Assembly (NCBI GenBank): GCA_012735275.1
Contig: JAAYHR010000026.1
Location: 33,769-97,768, forward strand
DNA length: 64,000 nucleotides
Direction: 5' to 3'
DNA from: Erysipelothrix sp.
Lineage (GTDB): Bacteria > Bacillota_I > Bacilli_A > Erysipelotrichales > Erysipelotrichaceae
Shown here: positions 47,050 through 57,097 of the stretch, one piece after another
Numbering within the stretch: the stretch's first letter is position 1
Layout: the number at the start of each line of letters is the position of its first letter
The notes under the pieces: generated by a model
What the model saw: the letters and a program-made list of their open reading frames with translations, nothing else
The model's database searches: none
What the model was told of the DNA's origin: nothing
Position numbers and translations under genes: made by a program

Positions 47050-50000
47050 ATGAATAATATACTTAAAAAATTTGAAAATTATGAGATAGTTAAAAATATC
47101 GATAATAATCTCGATTCAACTAGTAACTCATCAATCGAAGAAGCTGTATCAATTGCGAGTCTCTACAATAAAAATAAAGGTCAAATAATAATCGTTAAAG
47201 ATAATTTATATCATGCTGAACAACTGTATGAAAAATTATCGCATATGCTTGATGACGTCAATATTTTTATGAGTGAAGAATCTAAGCGAATTGAATCAAT
47301 AGCTGCTTCACCAGAATTCAAAGCTAACCGTTTAGCTATTTTAAGTATGCTTATAAATGAACAACCAGGAATTTACATTGCTCATACGGCATCACTTTTA
47401 CGCCTAATGCCAGATGTAAATACTTTTAGAGAAAATCATTTAACATTTTCAGTTGATGAAGAAGTTGACTATCAATCATTAAGATCGAGATTTATAAAAG
47501 CGGGCTATCAGCTAACCAAGCGTGTCGATCATCCTCTAACCTTCTCAATTCGTGGTGAGATCGTCGATATCTACTCAATTAATTACGACAACCCAATTAG
47601 AATTGAATTTTTTGATAATGAAATTGAATCAATTAGATTTTTTGATATTGATACCCAATTAACAATTGATAAGATTGACCAAGTAACGATAGTACCTGCA
47701 ACTGATATCTTATTCTCAGATGCTGAAGTTGAAACTATTACCAAAAAAATAGCTAGCACAATGAAGGCAGACAAGAGTCATGATAAATTAAATGATTTTC
47801 AACATAACTTAGATACCCATATGGAATATTTAAAATCGAATATTTCAACACCAATTCTTTATAATTACTATGCTTATTTAGATCAAGATACATCCCTATT
47901 AGATTATGCCCCAAAAGCACGCATAATTTACTCAGATGAAATTACGATTAAGAATAATGAAAGAATGATCAATACAGAAACCATTGATTATGCTAAAGAA
48001 TTATATGATAATGGCCAACTGCCATTAATTTTCAGTGTTTGGAACAACTTTGAACACTTACTTGCGAAATACCCATCAGTAAATATCGAAAATGTCCTCG
48101 GTAAAGCCGTTGATTATAAGAAGATACATGAAATTGATATTCCGATTAATCAATATGAGTATGTACTAGAAAACATTATTACTAGTGCAGAAGATAATGT
48201 TGTTTTAATATCAGTAAGTGAAGCGGAAAGAAAGTTAATTGAAAAAGACTTTAAGGCTAGAAATATACAGTACTCAAATACAATTTCTGATAATAATGGT
48301 ATTCATTTTATTGATGAACACTTTATTAAAGGTTTTTACTATGATGATCTCTATGTTTATACAAGACATGAAATCTTTAATACAAAGATTAATGTCACTA
48401 GATTCTCATCTAAGTTTAATAAAGGGCAACAATTAGAAACATATAATGAACTACAAACAGGTGACTATGTTGTCCATAATATTTATGGAGTAGGAAAATA
48501 CGTTGGTATTGAAACACGTGAGATCAATGGTCATAAACGTGATTTTTTAAAGATAATTTATCGAAATAATGATTCACTACACGTTCCACTTCATCAGTTC
48601 TCACTGGTAAGAAAATTTGTATCAAGAGATGGCGTTGCACCTAAGTTAAATAGACTTGGTACTGATGAATGGGAAAAAACTAAATCTAAAGTTCAAGCCT
48701 CGGTAAATGAGTTAGCTGGACGCTTAGTTGAACTATACACAAATCGAAGCCAAAACTCTGGTTTTACTTATGAACTAGATGAAGAGCTACAAGAAGAATT
48801 TAATCGTGAAGTAGAATTTATTCTAACTAATGATCAAGATATTGCTGTAAGGGAAATCTTGGCTGATATGCAGAGTGATAAAGCAATGGATCGCCTACTA
48901 ATTGGTGATGTTGGCTTTGGAAAAACTGAAGTATCGATGCGGGCAGCCTTTTTGGCGGCGATGAATGGTAAACAAGTCGCATTCTTATGTCCAACTACCA
49001 TCCTATCATCACAACACTATGAAAGTTTCAAACGTAGATTTAGAAACTTCCCAATGAATATTCAAGTTTTAAATCGCTTTACCCCAGCTTCAAGAGTTAA
49101 AGAAATAATCCATGAAGTTAAATTAGGTAAAGTTGATATTTTAATCGGTACCCACCGTCTGCTATCTAAAGATATTAAATATAATGATTTAGGCTTACTA
49201 ATTATCGATGAGGAACAAAGATTTGGGGTTGAACATAAAGAAATTATTAAAGAAATTAAGCAAAATGTTGATGTATTATCACTAAGTGCAACACCAATTC
49301 CAAGAACTTTACAAATGTCATTAGTTGGAGTTCGCCAAATGTCGACCTTACGTGAAGCGCCAAAGAACCGTAAACCAGTTCAAACTTATGTCATTGAAAA
49401 GAATGTTTCAACGATCAATCAAGTAATCATGCGCGAGTTAGCCAGAGATGGTCAAGTCTTCTATCTCCATAATAACGTTGCTAATTTACCAGGTATTGCT
49501 GCTCGAATTGAAAAAGATATCGATGGCGCCAGAGTTGCTATTGTTAACGGCCAAATGTCACGCGATGAAATTGAAGATGTTATGATTAGCTTTACACTTA
49601 ATGAAGCAAATGTTTTAGTCTGTACGACAATTATTGAAACGGGAATTGATATTCCAAATGCTAATACGATTATTATTGATAAAGCTGATACATTTGGCTT
49701 ATCACAACTTTACCAAATTCGTGGTCGTGTTGGTCGTAGTGATCAAGTTGCTTACGCTTACTTAATGTATCAACCTGAAAAAGTCTTGAGTGAAATTGCT
49801 TCAAAGCGATTATCAACGATAAAAGAATTCACGGAACTCGGTAGTGGTTATAAAATTGCTATGCGTGACTTAACTATTCGTGGTGCCGGCGACATGCTTG
49901 GACCACAACAAAGTGGATTTATTGATACAGTCGGTATTGATATGTATATTGAAATGCTAAATGAAGCAGTCAGTAAAGCCCAAGGAACTTATGTTCCAGT

Positions 50001-50451
50001 GAAAGTTGAAGAAAAAATTCTAATTAATGCTGCGGGACATATCCCTGAGAAGTTTACTGAGTTTGATGATGATAAAATTGATCTTTACCAAAAGATTGAT
50101 AGTCAAACAAGCTTTAAAGAATTATCCTTACTTTACTTAGAAGTATCGGATTATTATGGAAAACTTCCAAATGACATAGATCTCTTATTTGAGAAGAAAC
50201 GTCTGGAGATTATTCTAACTAACCCGAATATTTATAAGTATCGTGAAGTGGGAGAAAACTCTGAAATTATTTTCACCACAGCTTTCTCTGGCAATATTGA
50301 TGGGATAAAGTTATTTACGGATGTTAATAAGATCAATAAGGAAATAAAGATTTCCTATAAAAACGATAAAATCAGTCTTAAGATAAAACGCACGAACGGG
50401 TGGATTAATGATATAATGTACTTACTTGAAGAACTAAAATTTGAGGGGTGA
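47050..50451 (+). CDS. mfd: transcription-repair coupling factor Mfd
   Basis: 1133 aa. UvrB-homology N-terminal region, CarD/RID-like segment GDYVVHNIYGVGKY, and SF2 helicase motifs GDVGFGKTE, DEEQRFGV and QLYQIRGRVGRS. Confidence 0.95.
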   Translation: MNNILKKFENYEIVKNIDNNLDSTSNSSIEEAVSIASLYNKNKGQIIIVKDNLYHAEQLYEKLSHMLDDVNIFMSEESKRIESIAASPEFKANRLAILSMLINEQPGIYIAHTASLLRLMPDVNTFRENHLTFSVDEEVDYQSLRSRFIKAGYQLTKRVDHPLTFSIRGEIVDIYSINYDNPIRIEFFDNEIESIRFFDIDTQLTIDKIDQVTIVPATDILFSDAEVETITKKIASTMKADKSHDKLNDFQHNLDTHMEYLKSNISTPILYNYYAYLDQDTSLLDYAPKARIIYSDEITIKNNERMINTETIDYAKELYDNGQLPLIFSVWNNFEHLLAKYPSVNIENVLGKAVDYKKIHEIDIPINQYEYVLENIITSAEDNVVLISVSEAERKLIEKDFKARNIQYSNTISDNNGIHFIDEHFIKGFYYDDLYVYTRHEIFNTKINVTRFSSKFNKGQQLETYNELQTGDYVVHNIYGVGKYVGIETREINGHKRDFLKIIYRNNDSLHVPLHQFSLVRKFVSRDGVAPKLNRLGTDEWEKTKSKVQASVNELAGRLVELYTNRSQNSGFTYELDEELQEEFNREVEFILTNDQDIAVREILADMQSDKAMDRLLIGDVGFGKTEVSMRAAFLAAMNGKQVAFLCPTTILSSQHYESFKRRFRNFPMNIQVLNRFTPASRVKEIIHEVKLGKVDILIGTHRLLSKDIKYNDLGLLIIDEEQRFGVEHKEIIKEIKQNVDVLSLSATPIPRTLQMSLVGVRQMSTLREAPKNRKPVQTYVIEKNVSTINQVIMRELARDGQVFYLHNNVANLPGIAARIEKDIDGARVAIVNGQMSRDEIEDVMISFTLNEANVLVCTTIIETGIDIPNANTIIIDKADTFGLSQLYQIRGRVGRSDQVAYAYLMYQPEKVLSEIASKRLSTIKEFTELGSGYKIAMRDLTIRGAGDMLGPQQSGFIDTVGIDMYIEMLNEAVSKAQGTYVPVKVEEKILINAAGHIPEKFTEFDDDKIDLYQKIDSQTSFKELSLLYLEVSDYYGKLPNDIDLLFEKKRLEIILTNPNIYKYREVGENSEIIFTTAFSGNIDGIKLFTDVNKINKEIKISYKNDKISLKIKRTNGWINDIMYLLEELKFEG

Positions 50452-50455
50452 GTAG

Positions 50456-50962
50456 ATGAAACAAACCGGAATCAAGCGTAGAATAGATGAATTGGGTCGT
50501 ATAGTAATACCAAGAGACCTGCGTGAACACTTTAAGGTCAAGCCTGGAGATAACTTTGATATTTATATTGAAGATGATCGAATTATTTTGGAGAAGTTCT
50601 CACCAATTGATAAACAGAGAACACAATTATATTCAATGTGTGAAGTATTAGAAGAAGTTTTAGAATCAGATATCTTATTTTATTATAATGGCGAGATTAT
50701 TGATCCTAAAAAAGAAGAACCACAAATTGAAAATATCACGACAGCATTTGAGAATATTCTTTCTGAATTTCATTCAGTATCTTTTAATGATGTACAGTTA
50801 TTTTCAACTTCAAATGAAACAAAAGCAGGTTATACCTATCCAATTATCAAAGAAGGAATTATTATGGGAGTATTTATCATCTTTAAGCAATTAGCTAAAT
50901 TAGATGAAAAACAACTATCTTCTTTAAAGATATTTGAGATGTTATTACTGAAGGAAATATAA
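50456..50962 (+). CDS. spoVT: SpoVT-like AbrB-family transcriptional regulator (SpoVT-AbrB N-domain plus GAF-like C-domain)
   Basis: MKQTGIKRRIDELGRIVIPRDLREHFKVKPGDNFDIYIE..IILEKFSPI closely parallels B. subtilis SpoVT as I recall it. Located immediately after mfd, as in Bacillus. Confidence 0.75.
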   Translation: MKQTGIKRRIDELGRIVIPRDLREHFKVKPGDNFDIYIEDDRIILEKFSPIDKQRTQLYSMCEVLEEVLESDILFYYNGEIIDPKKEEPQIENITTAFENILSEFHSVSFNDVQLFSTSNETKAGYTYPIIKEGIIMGVFIIFKQLAKLDEKQLSSLKIFEMLLLKEI

Positions 50963-50963
50963 T

Positions 50964-51245
50964 ATGCGCTTAGACAAATATTTAAAAGTAACTAGATTAA
51001 TAAAACGTCGCTCGATTGCGAAAGAATTAGCTGATGCTGATCGAATTAAAGTAAATGGTCGCTTAGCTAAGCCTTCAACTTTTCTTGAAATAAATGATAT
51101 AATAGAAATAACTTTCAGGAATAATCAAGCGTGTTTTCAAGTGCTTGAATTACGTGATCATGTTAAGAAAGACGACATAGATTTAATGTATAAAATGATT
51201 GAGAATGAGGTGTCATATGTCCAAGAAAATCAAGAAGAAAAATAA
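50964..51245 (+). CDS. S4 domain RNA-binding protein (YabO/Hsp15-like)
   Basis: MRLDKYLKVTRLIKRRSIAKE......I.VNGR.AKPS is the S4 fold signature. 93 aa. Confidence 0.85.
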   Translation: MRLDKYLKVTRLIKRRSIAKELADADRIKVNGRLAKPSTFLEINDIIEITFRNNQACFQVLELRDHVKKDDIDLMYKMIENEVSYVQENQEEK

Positions 51246-51564
51246 CAAAAGTTCTGCTCGTTTAATTTTTAGCGGAATTATTGTCCTAATATCGAGTTTT
51301 TTATTTTATAGTGCAGCAAAAGAAGTATTAGTTACAGTTAACTTAACCAATGATTTAAAAACAGTTAAACAGCAACTACAACAAATTGAAAACGAAAAAA
51401 GAAATTTAGAAGAAAGAAAAGAAAAACTAGAAGATCCAAACTATATAAAATCCTATGCACGTGGTGAATATTCAATTACTAAAGAGGGCGAGCAAATTTT
51501 TAGATTGCCTTCCAACAAAGAAAAATTAGCTGATCCTGATTCAGAAACATCCGAAGACGAATAA
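51217..51564 (+). CDS. septum formation initiator family protein (DivIC/FtsB)
   Basis: A single TM helix, then a coiled coil LKTVKQQLQQIENEKRNLEERKEKLEDPNYIKSYAR. ATG 51217 follows a GAGG SD; the track's TTG start is 18 nt upstream. Confidence 0.8.
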   Translation: MSKKIKKKNNKSSARLIFSGIIVLISSFLFYSAAKEVLVTVNLTNDLKTVKQQLQQIENEKRNLEERKEKLEDPNYIKSYARGEYSITKEGEQIFRLPSNKEKLADPDSETSEDE

Positions 51565-51578
51565 TATAGAGGTGAAAT

Positions 51579-52805
51579 ATGTTTAGAAAACTAACACATC
51601 GAGTTTTCCGTGATCCGATTCATGGTTATATTAATATTCATGAACAAGTAATTTGGGATTGCATTAACTCAAAAGAGTTTCAACGATTACGAAGAATCAA
51701 ACAATTGGGAGCGTCTCATCAAGTCTATCAGACTGCTGAGCACTCTCGATTTTCTCATTCTTTAGGCGTATATGAAATTACTCGTCGCATGTTTGAAGAA
51801 GTAAAAGGCTTAGCTGATCTTGTCACAAACTATGATCAAACGGTTACGCTTTTGGCGGCCCTCTTACACGATTTAGGCCATGGTCCCTTCTCACATACAT
51901 TTGAGTCGGTATCCCGCATTGATCATGAGAAATATACTGAACTAATTATTTTAGGTGATACGGAAATTAATGCAATTCTTTCCGCAATTGATACGCGGCT
52001 ACCACACCAAGTAGCTTCAATAATTAATCATAGTCATCCTAATAAAATTCTTACGCAATTAGTCTCTAGTCAACTAGATGCTGATCGCATGGATTATTTA
52101 TTACGTGATGCCTATTTTACTGGAACATCATATGGATCATTTGATCTTAATCGCTTAATTAGAACCATGCGCGTATCAGGTGAGCGCTTAGTTATTAAAG
52201 AGTCTGGTATTCATGCGGTCGAAGACTATATTATGGCGCGTTATCATATGTACTGGAATGTTTACTTCCATGCGACATCACGGGCTTATGAAGCTGTCCT
52301 CTATGCCCTCTTTAGACGCTTAGACGACTTAAAAGAGAGTGATTTGTTAGATAAATATCCAAGGTTAAAAACCTTCTTAGTAGAGGAAGTACCACGTGTA
52401 GAATCGCTTTTAGCTTTAGATGAAGCCGTAATGATTTACTATTTCTCAGAAATGCAAAGTTCTGAAGATCCAATCTTACGCGATCTCTCAACTCGTTTAT
52501 TAAATCGTCAATTATTTGCTTACGAAGATATTGAAGATGATGTTATCGAAGCTGAAGTGATTAAAATGTTAGAAGCTAATAATTTAGATCCAAGATACTA
52601 CTTAGCTAAAGATACACTTGGGCAAACACCATATCATCCTTATGAAAAGGAAACATCAATGCTAATATATATTATTGGTCGTGATCAAGAAGTTAAAGAG
52701 TTATCAGAAGTGAGTGAGATTGTTGCGGCAATTTCAGCTGGTAAAGAAAAGAAAGAAAGTAAAATATTTTATCCAAAAATTAAGAAAGTGGGAGCTTATG
52801 AATAA
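51579..52805 (+). CDS. HD domain-containing protein, dNTP triphosphohydrolase-like (YwfO/SAMHD1-type HD fold)
   Basis: RFSHSLGV, HDLGHGPFSH and DADRMDYLLRD motifs. 408 aa. Confidence 0.8.
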   Translation: MFRKLTHRVFRDPIHGYINIHEQVIWDCINSKEFQRLRRIKQLGASHQVYQTAEHSRFSHSLGVYEITRRMFEEVKGLADLVTNYDQTVTLLAALLHDLGHGPFSHTFESVSRIDHEKYTELIILGDTEINAILSAIDTRLPHQVASIINHSHPNKILTQLVSSQLDADRMDYLLRDAYFTGTSYGSFDLNRLIRTMRVSGERLVIKESGIHAVEDYIMARYHMYWNVYFHATSRAYEAVLYALFRRLDDLKESDLLDKYPRLKTFLVEEVPRVESLLALDEAVMIYYFSEMQSSEDPILRDLSTRLLNRQLFAYEDIEDDVIEAEVIKMLEANNLDPRYYLAKDTLGQTPYHPYEKETSMLIYIIGRDQEVKELSEVSEIVAAISAGKEKKESKIFYPKIKKVGAYE

Positions 52806-54006
52806 ACAATATGAACTAAATCGTAAAAAAGTAATTGACGCTATTGAAGATAATTCAGTTATTACATTATTTTCAGGAGTAAATCAAAAATCAAGTGCTG
52901 ATGGAGAATTTCCATTTGTAGTAAATAGAAACTTTTATCATTTAACAGGTATTAATGAGCCCAACTTAATTTTAGTCTTAACTAAAGATGATTCAATTTT
53001 ATACATTGAAGAAAGTGATGAGTTCTTTGAAAAATGGGTTGGAAAGAAAATTAGTAAAGAGGCTGCAAAAGCACAATCTAATATTGATAATATTCAATAT
53101 GTATCTGAATTTGATCCAGCACAACTAGCTGACTTTGATAATAAATACTTTGATCTTGAAGAAGATACAATTTCATTTAATAAAACAATTAGCCAAAAGT
53201 TCGTTGAAGAACATAATATAAATGCAATTGATGTATATAATATTATTGCGAAAAGTCGCTCAACTAAAGGCCCTGCGGAAGTTACAAAAATCCGTGAAGC
53301 TTTAGAAATCACTAATAAAGGATTAAACCGTATTATGGATAACTTACAACCAAATATGCGTGAATCAGTATTAGAAGCGCACTTTAATTTTGAATTAGGT
53401 TGTGAAAATGTCATTAACGCATTTGATACGATCGCAGCATCAGGTGTTAATGCAACAACATTACACTATGTAACTAATAATGAGTTTACACAAGATGGTG
53501 ATTTAATTCTATTTGATTTAGGTGCTACGAAAGATTTATACTGTGGTGATATTTCAAGAACTTATCCAGTCTCAGGTAAATTTACTCCACGTCAAAAGGA
53601 ACTATATGATATGGTCCTTGAAGCTTTAGAGTTAGTTATCGCCAATATCAAACCTGGTGTAACAATGACAGACCTAAATGACTTAGTTAATAAGCACTAT
53701 GAAAAAGAATTAGTTCGCTTAAATGTTATTGAAGATAAATATCAAGTTAAAGACTATTACTACCACGGTGTATCGCATTCACTTGGATTAGATACGCATG
53801 ATGTTGGTTTATCACGTGAAGATAAATTAGTTGTTGGAAATGTGATTACGGTTGAACCTGGTATTTATATTAAAGAAGAAAATATCGGAATTAGAATTGA
53901 AGATAACGTATTAGTAACCGAAGATGGTTGTATCAACCTTTCTGACTTTATTATTAAAACAACAGAAGATATTGAGAGGTACATGAATAATGGAGAAGAA
54001 GCATAA
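52798..54006 (+). CDS. M24B family Xaa-Pro aminopeptidase/dipeptidase
   Basis: Creatinase-like N-domain plus pita-bread fold motifs DLGA...Y.GDISRT, HGVSHSLGLD.HD and EPGIY...GIRIED. ATG 52798 overlaps the HD gene stop (ATGAATAA); the upstream extension in the track lies inside the HD gene. Confidence 0.88.
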   Translation: MNKQYELNRKKVIDAIEDNSVITLFSGVNQKSSADGEFPFVVNRNFYHLTGINEPNLILVLTKDDSILYIEESDEFFEKWVGKKISKEAAKAQSNIDNIQYVSEFDPAQLADFDNKYFDLEEDTISFNKTISQKFVEEHNINAIDVYNIIAKSRSTKGPAEVTKIREALEITNKGLNRIMDNLQPNMRESVLEAHFNFELGCENVINAFDTIAASGVNATTLHYVTNNEFTQDGDLILFDLGATKDLYCGDISRTYPVSGKFTPRQKELYDMVLEALELVIANIKPGVTMTDLNDLVNKHYEKELVRLNVIEDKYQVKDYYYHGVSHSLGLDTHDVGLSREDKLVVGNVITVEPGIYIKEENIGIRIEDNVLVTEDGCINLSDFIIKTTEDIERYMNNGEEA

Positions 54007-54337
54007 AGAATATATTGTAATTGGAGTTCTCTTACTAGCTGCTGTGGCAGCTTTTGTTGGTGTGCGAATTATGACAAATAACAATGCAGCCAATATTACA
54101 AAAGTAGAAGTTCGATACAAAGATGAAGTTATTAAAGAAATAGATATAAATAAGAACGCCGAATATGTAATAGATGTAGAATTAGGTCATATGACTATCG
54201 TAGTTGAAAACGGTCAGTACTATGTTACAGAAGTCGATTGTCCGGATAAAATTTGTGAGAAGTTCGGAAAGGTAAGTAAGGGTAGTGAAGTATTAATTGC
54301 CTGTTTACCAAACAATATCGTCCTAGTACAGGGCTAA
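53990..54337 (+). CDS. NusG domain II-containing membrane-anchored protein (DUF1312)
   Basis: 115 aa. An N-terminal TM helix, then VDCPDKICEKFGKVSKGSEVLIACLPNNIV, which is typical of the NusG_II family. Confidence 0.7.
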   Translation: MEKKHKEYIVIGVLLLAAVAAFVGVRIMTNNNAANITKVEVRYKDEVIKEIDINKNAEYVIDVELGHMTIVVENGQYYVTEVDCPDKICEKFGKVSKGSEVLIACLPNNIVLVQG

Positions 54338-54353
54338 GAGAGTAGTGAATTAA

Positions 54354-55898
54354 ATGAATAAAAATCAAAATATGAAAAAGAGTGCAATTATATTATTTGT
54401 TCTAATGATAATGTCAAAGATTTTGGGATTATTAAGAGAATCGATAATGAACCACTATTATAAGCCTGGTTTAATTACCAATGCTTATACTACCGCATCA
54501 AGTATTCCCAACTTTATGTTTGGGATTGTTGCTGCTGGTTTAATTGCTACTTTTATACCGATCTATAGTCAGATCATTCAAAAAGAAGGTAAAGAGCGTG
54601 CTAATAAGTTTATGAATAATGCTTTAACATCAATATTTATTATGACAATTATCTTACTAGCATTTGGACTATTATTTACTGAACAATTAGTCAAAATTAA
54701 TGCTGCAGGTTATAAAGGTGAACAGTTAGCAATGGCTGTCGACTTTACTCGTGTTGCCCTATTTGCTCTATTAACCAATGGAGTTTTCTCCATATTTTCA
54801 GGCTATCAGCAATATGAAAACCGCTTCTATGTAGCACCAATGACGGGCTTCTTATTAAATGGAGCAATTATTTCATCAATAATTATTTCTAATCAAGTAT
54901 CAAGACCGATTATCATGGTATATGGATTAGTTCTTGGATCACTGCTACAGTTATTATTCTCAGTTATAATTTCTTATTCGCAAGGTGATTTCCGCTATAA
55001 GTTTACAGTCAATATGAAAGATCAATATATTAAACCAATGATGATTATGGCCCTGCCAATAATCTTTGGATCATCAATTACTCAAATTAATGGTTTAATT
55101 GACCGCTCGATCGCATCAACGCTAGGAGCAAAATCTGTTACTATTATTAACTATGCTAATAGAATCAATGACGCTGTTTTCTCATTATTTGTTAGTTCAC
55201 TAACAACAGTAATGTATCCAGCTATTATTAATCAAGCTAATAAGAAAGATTATGCCGGTTTAAAGTCTACCATTACGGAAATAATGAACTTAACATCATT
55301 AATTGTTATTCCCGCAACAATTGGGGTTACTGTTTTAGCTAATCCGATTGTTACACTATTCTTTAAAAACGATGCTGATGTAACTTACTACATCGTTATT
55401 GCGCTAATTGGAGCTACAGTTGGTTTATTTGGTATGTCGATTAAAGATATCTTAGTTAAAACTTTCTATTCACTAAATGATTCTAAGACTCCAGTATTTG
55501 CATCAATAGTTCAAATAATTGTTAATATAGTTTTAAACTTTGCATTAGCACCATGGTTAAATGTTGCCGGATTAACACTAGCAACTTCAATCTCAGCCTA
55601 TGTTGGAGCAATTATTCTTTATCTAACATTAAGTAAAAGATTAAATGGTTTAAAAACTCGTGCCTTAATTTCAAGTGTATCTAGGATTTCCATTGCATCA
55701 CTAGCAATGGGACTGGTAGTCTTTGGACTCCATTCATACCTAAATACGCTACAGATTTCATTTATTGTAAATCTTGCTTTATCAGTTATAGCTGGTGGAA
55801 GTGTTTATGTAATTGGAATATGGATTTTAAAAGTACCGGAATTTTACGATGTTATTTATATGATTAAAGACAAATTGAAAATAGGTAGTAAAGCATAA
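54354..55898 (+). CDS. murJ: MurJ/MviN family lipid II flippase (MOP superfamily)
   Basis: 514 aa, 14 TM helices. The N-terminus MSKILGLLRESIMNHYY...ASSIPNFMF is the MurJ signature. Confidence 0.85.
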   Translation: MNKNQNMKKSAIILFVLMIMSKILGLLRESIMNHYYKPGLITNAYTTASSIPNFMFGIVAAGLIATFIPIYSQIIQKEGKERANKFMNNALTSIFIMTIILLAFGLLFTEQLVKINAAGYKGEQLAMAVDFTRVALFALLTNGVFSIFSGYQQYENRFYVAPMTGFLLNGAIISSIIISNQVSRPIIMVYGLVLGSLLQLLFSVIISYSQGDFRYKFTVNMKDQYIKPMMIMALPIIFGSSITQINGLIDRSIASTLGAKSVTIINYANRINDAVFSLFVSSLTTVMYPAIINQANKKDYAGLKSTITEIMNLTSLIVIPATIGVTVLANPIVTLFFKNDADVTYYIVIALIGATVGLFGMSIKDILVKTFYSLNDSKTPVFASIVQIIVNIVLNFALAPWLNVAGLTLATSISAYVGAIILYLTLSKRLNGLKTRALISSVSRISIASLAMGLVVFGLHSYLNTLQISFIVNLALSVIAGGSVYVIGIWILKVPEFYDVIYMIKDKLKIGSKA

Positions 55899-57097
55899 TG
55901 AAGAAGATAGCCATTTTTACAAATCATTATTATCCTGAAAACTTTAAGATAAATGAATTAGTAGAAGTATTTAAAGAAGAATTGGATATTAATTTAATTA
56001 CTCAAATCCCAAACTATCCACTTGGGTCTTTTTATGATGGCTATTCTTATCGAAAAAATCGTACCTATGAATCTAAGAACTTAAATGTTCACCGTTTAGC
56101 AGTCATTCCGAGAAAAAAGAATGCAATGATGTTAAGTTTGAACTATGTTTCTAATGCAACTGCAATGTATTTATATGGGAGTTTTAACCGTGAACCGGTT
56201 GATCATGTCTATGCATATGTGACATCGCCAATTTTTATATCATGGGGTGCTTTAAAATTAGCTAAGCGAAATAAAGTTAAATCAACTTTATACTTACTAG
56301 ATTTATGGCCAGCATCATTAATTGGAGCCCTAAATATTAAGAATAAATGGATAATTAAATGGTTAAATCGTATCTCAATCAATATTTATAAAGCTTTTGA
56401 TAACATTGTTGTCTCATCAAATGACTTTATTGAGGAGTTAGTTGAATTTGGTATCGATGAAAGTAAGATTACATACATTCCGCAACATGCTAATGAAATA
56501 CTTGAAGAGCCAATTAAAATCATGCCAGCGACAGAGCGTTTAGAAATTGTCTTTGCTGGAAATGTTGGTCAAGCACAAAATTTAGATATTTTAGTTGATG
56601 CAATTGAAATCTTAAAATCAGAATCAATCCTTGATGTCCATGTCACAATAGTTGGCGATGGTCGGGCACGAAAAGCAATTGAGGACATGATTGATAAAAA
56701 GGATGTTCGCGAGTACTTTACCTTTACGGGCAGAGTTGCTGGTCATGAAGTTAAACAACATTTAGAAAACAAACATTTTGGTTATGTATCACTAGTTGAT
56801 ATTAGTCCAATTAATAAAACCATACCGGCTAAGATTCAATCTTATATGGGTTATGGTCTACCAATATTATCTTGTGCACCAGGATCAGTTAATACTTTAA
56901 TTGATCAAGTTGCATGTGGAATCTCTTGTGATGAGCCAAGTGGAATGGAATTAGCTAATTTAATAAAGTCAGCACGTAATTATTCATATGCTGATTTGAG
57001 TGCGATGGCAAACCAAGGAATCCAATACTCAAAGGATAATTTTGATATAATAGAAATAAGTAAGAGATTTATCGAGATAATGAAAGAAGGTAATTAG
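55898..57097 (+). CDS. GT4 family glycosyltransferase, WbuB-like (putative L-FucNAc transferase)
   Basis: MKKIAIFTNHYYPENFKINE is a WbuB-type N-terminus. 399 aa. Sits directly upstream of fnlA-type genes. The start overlaps the murJ stop (TAATG). Confidence 0.7.
   Translation: MKKIAIFTNHYYPENFKINELVEVFKEELDINLITQIPNYPLGSFYDGYSYRKNRTYESKNLNVHRLAVIPRKKNAMMLSLNYVSNATAMYLYGSFNREPVDHVYAYVTSPIFISWGALKLAKRNKVKSTLYLLDLWPASLIGALNIKNKWIIKWLNRISINIYKAFDNIVVSSNDFIEELVEFGIDESKITYIPQHANEILEEPIKIMPATERLEIVFAGNVGQAQNLDILVDAIEILKSESILDVHVTIVGDGRARKAIEDMIDKKDVREYFTFTGRVAGHEVKQHLENKHFGYVSLVDISPINKTIPAKIQSYMGYGLPILSCAPGSVNTLIDQVACGISCDEPSGMELANLIKSARNYSYADLSAMANQGIQYSKDNFDIIEISKRFIEIMKEGN

Noticed and set aside
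52714-52797. The long N-terminal extension of the aminopeptidase ORF. Similar upstream extensions, usually from alternative start codons, occur on htrA, the lacI-family gene, yaaA, dnaA, the SAS-like gene, divIC, rpoE, the DUF1846 gene and the DUF1934 gene.
   Set aside because: The extensions overlap the preceding gene or the gene's own SD and lack ribosome-binding sites. Internal ATG codons with proper SD spacing give N-termini that match the family patterns.
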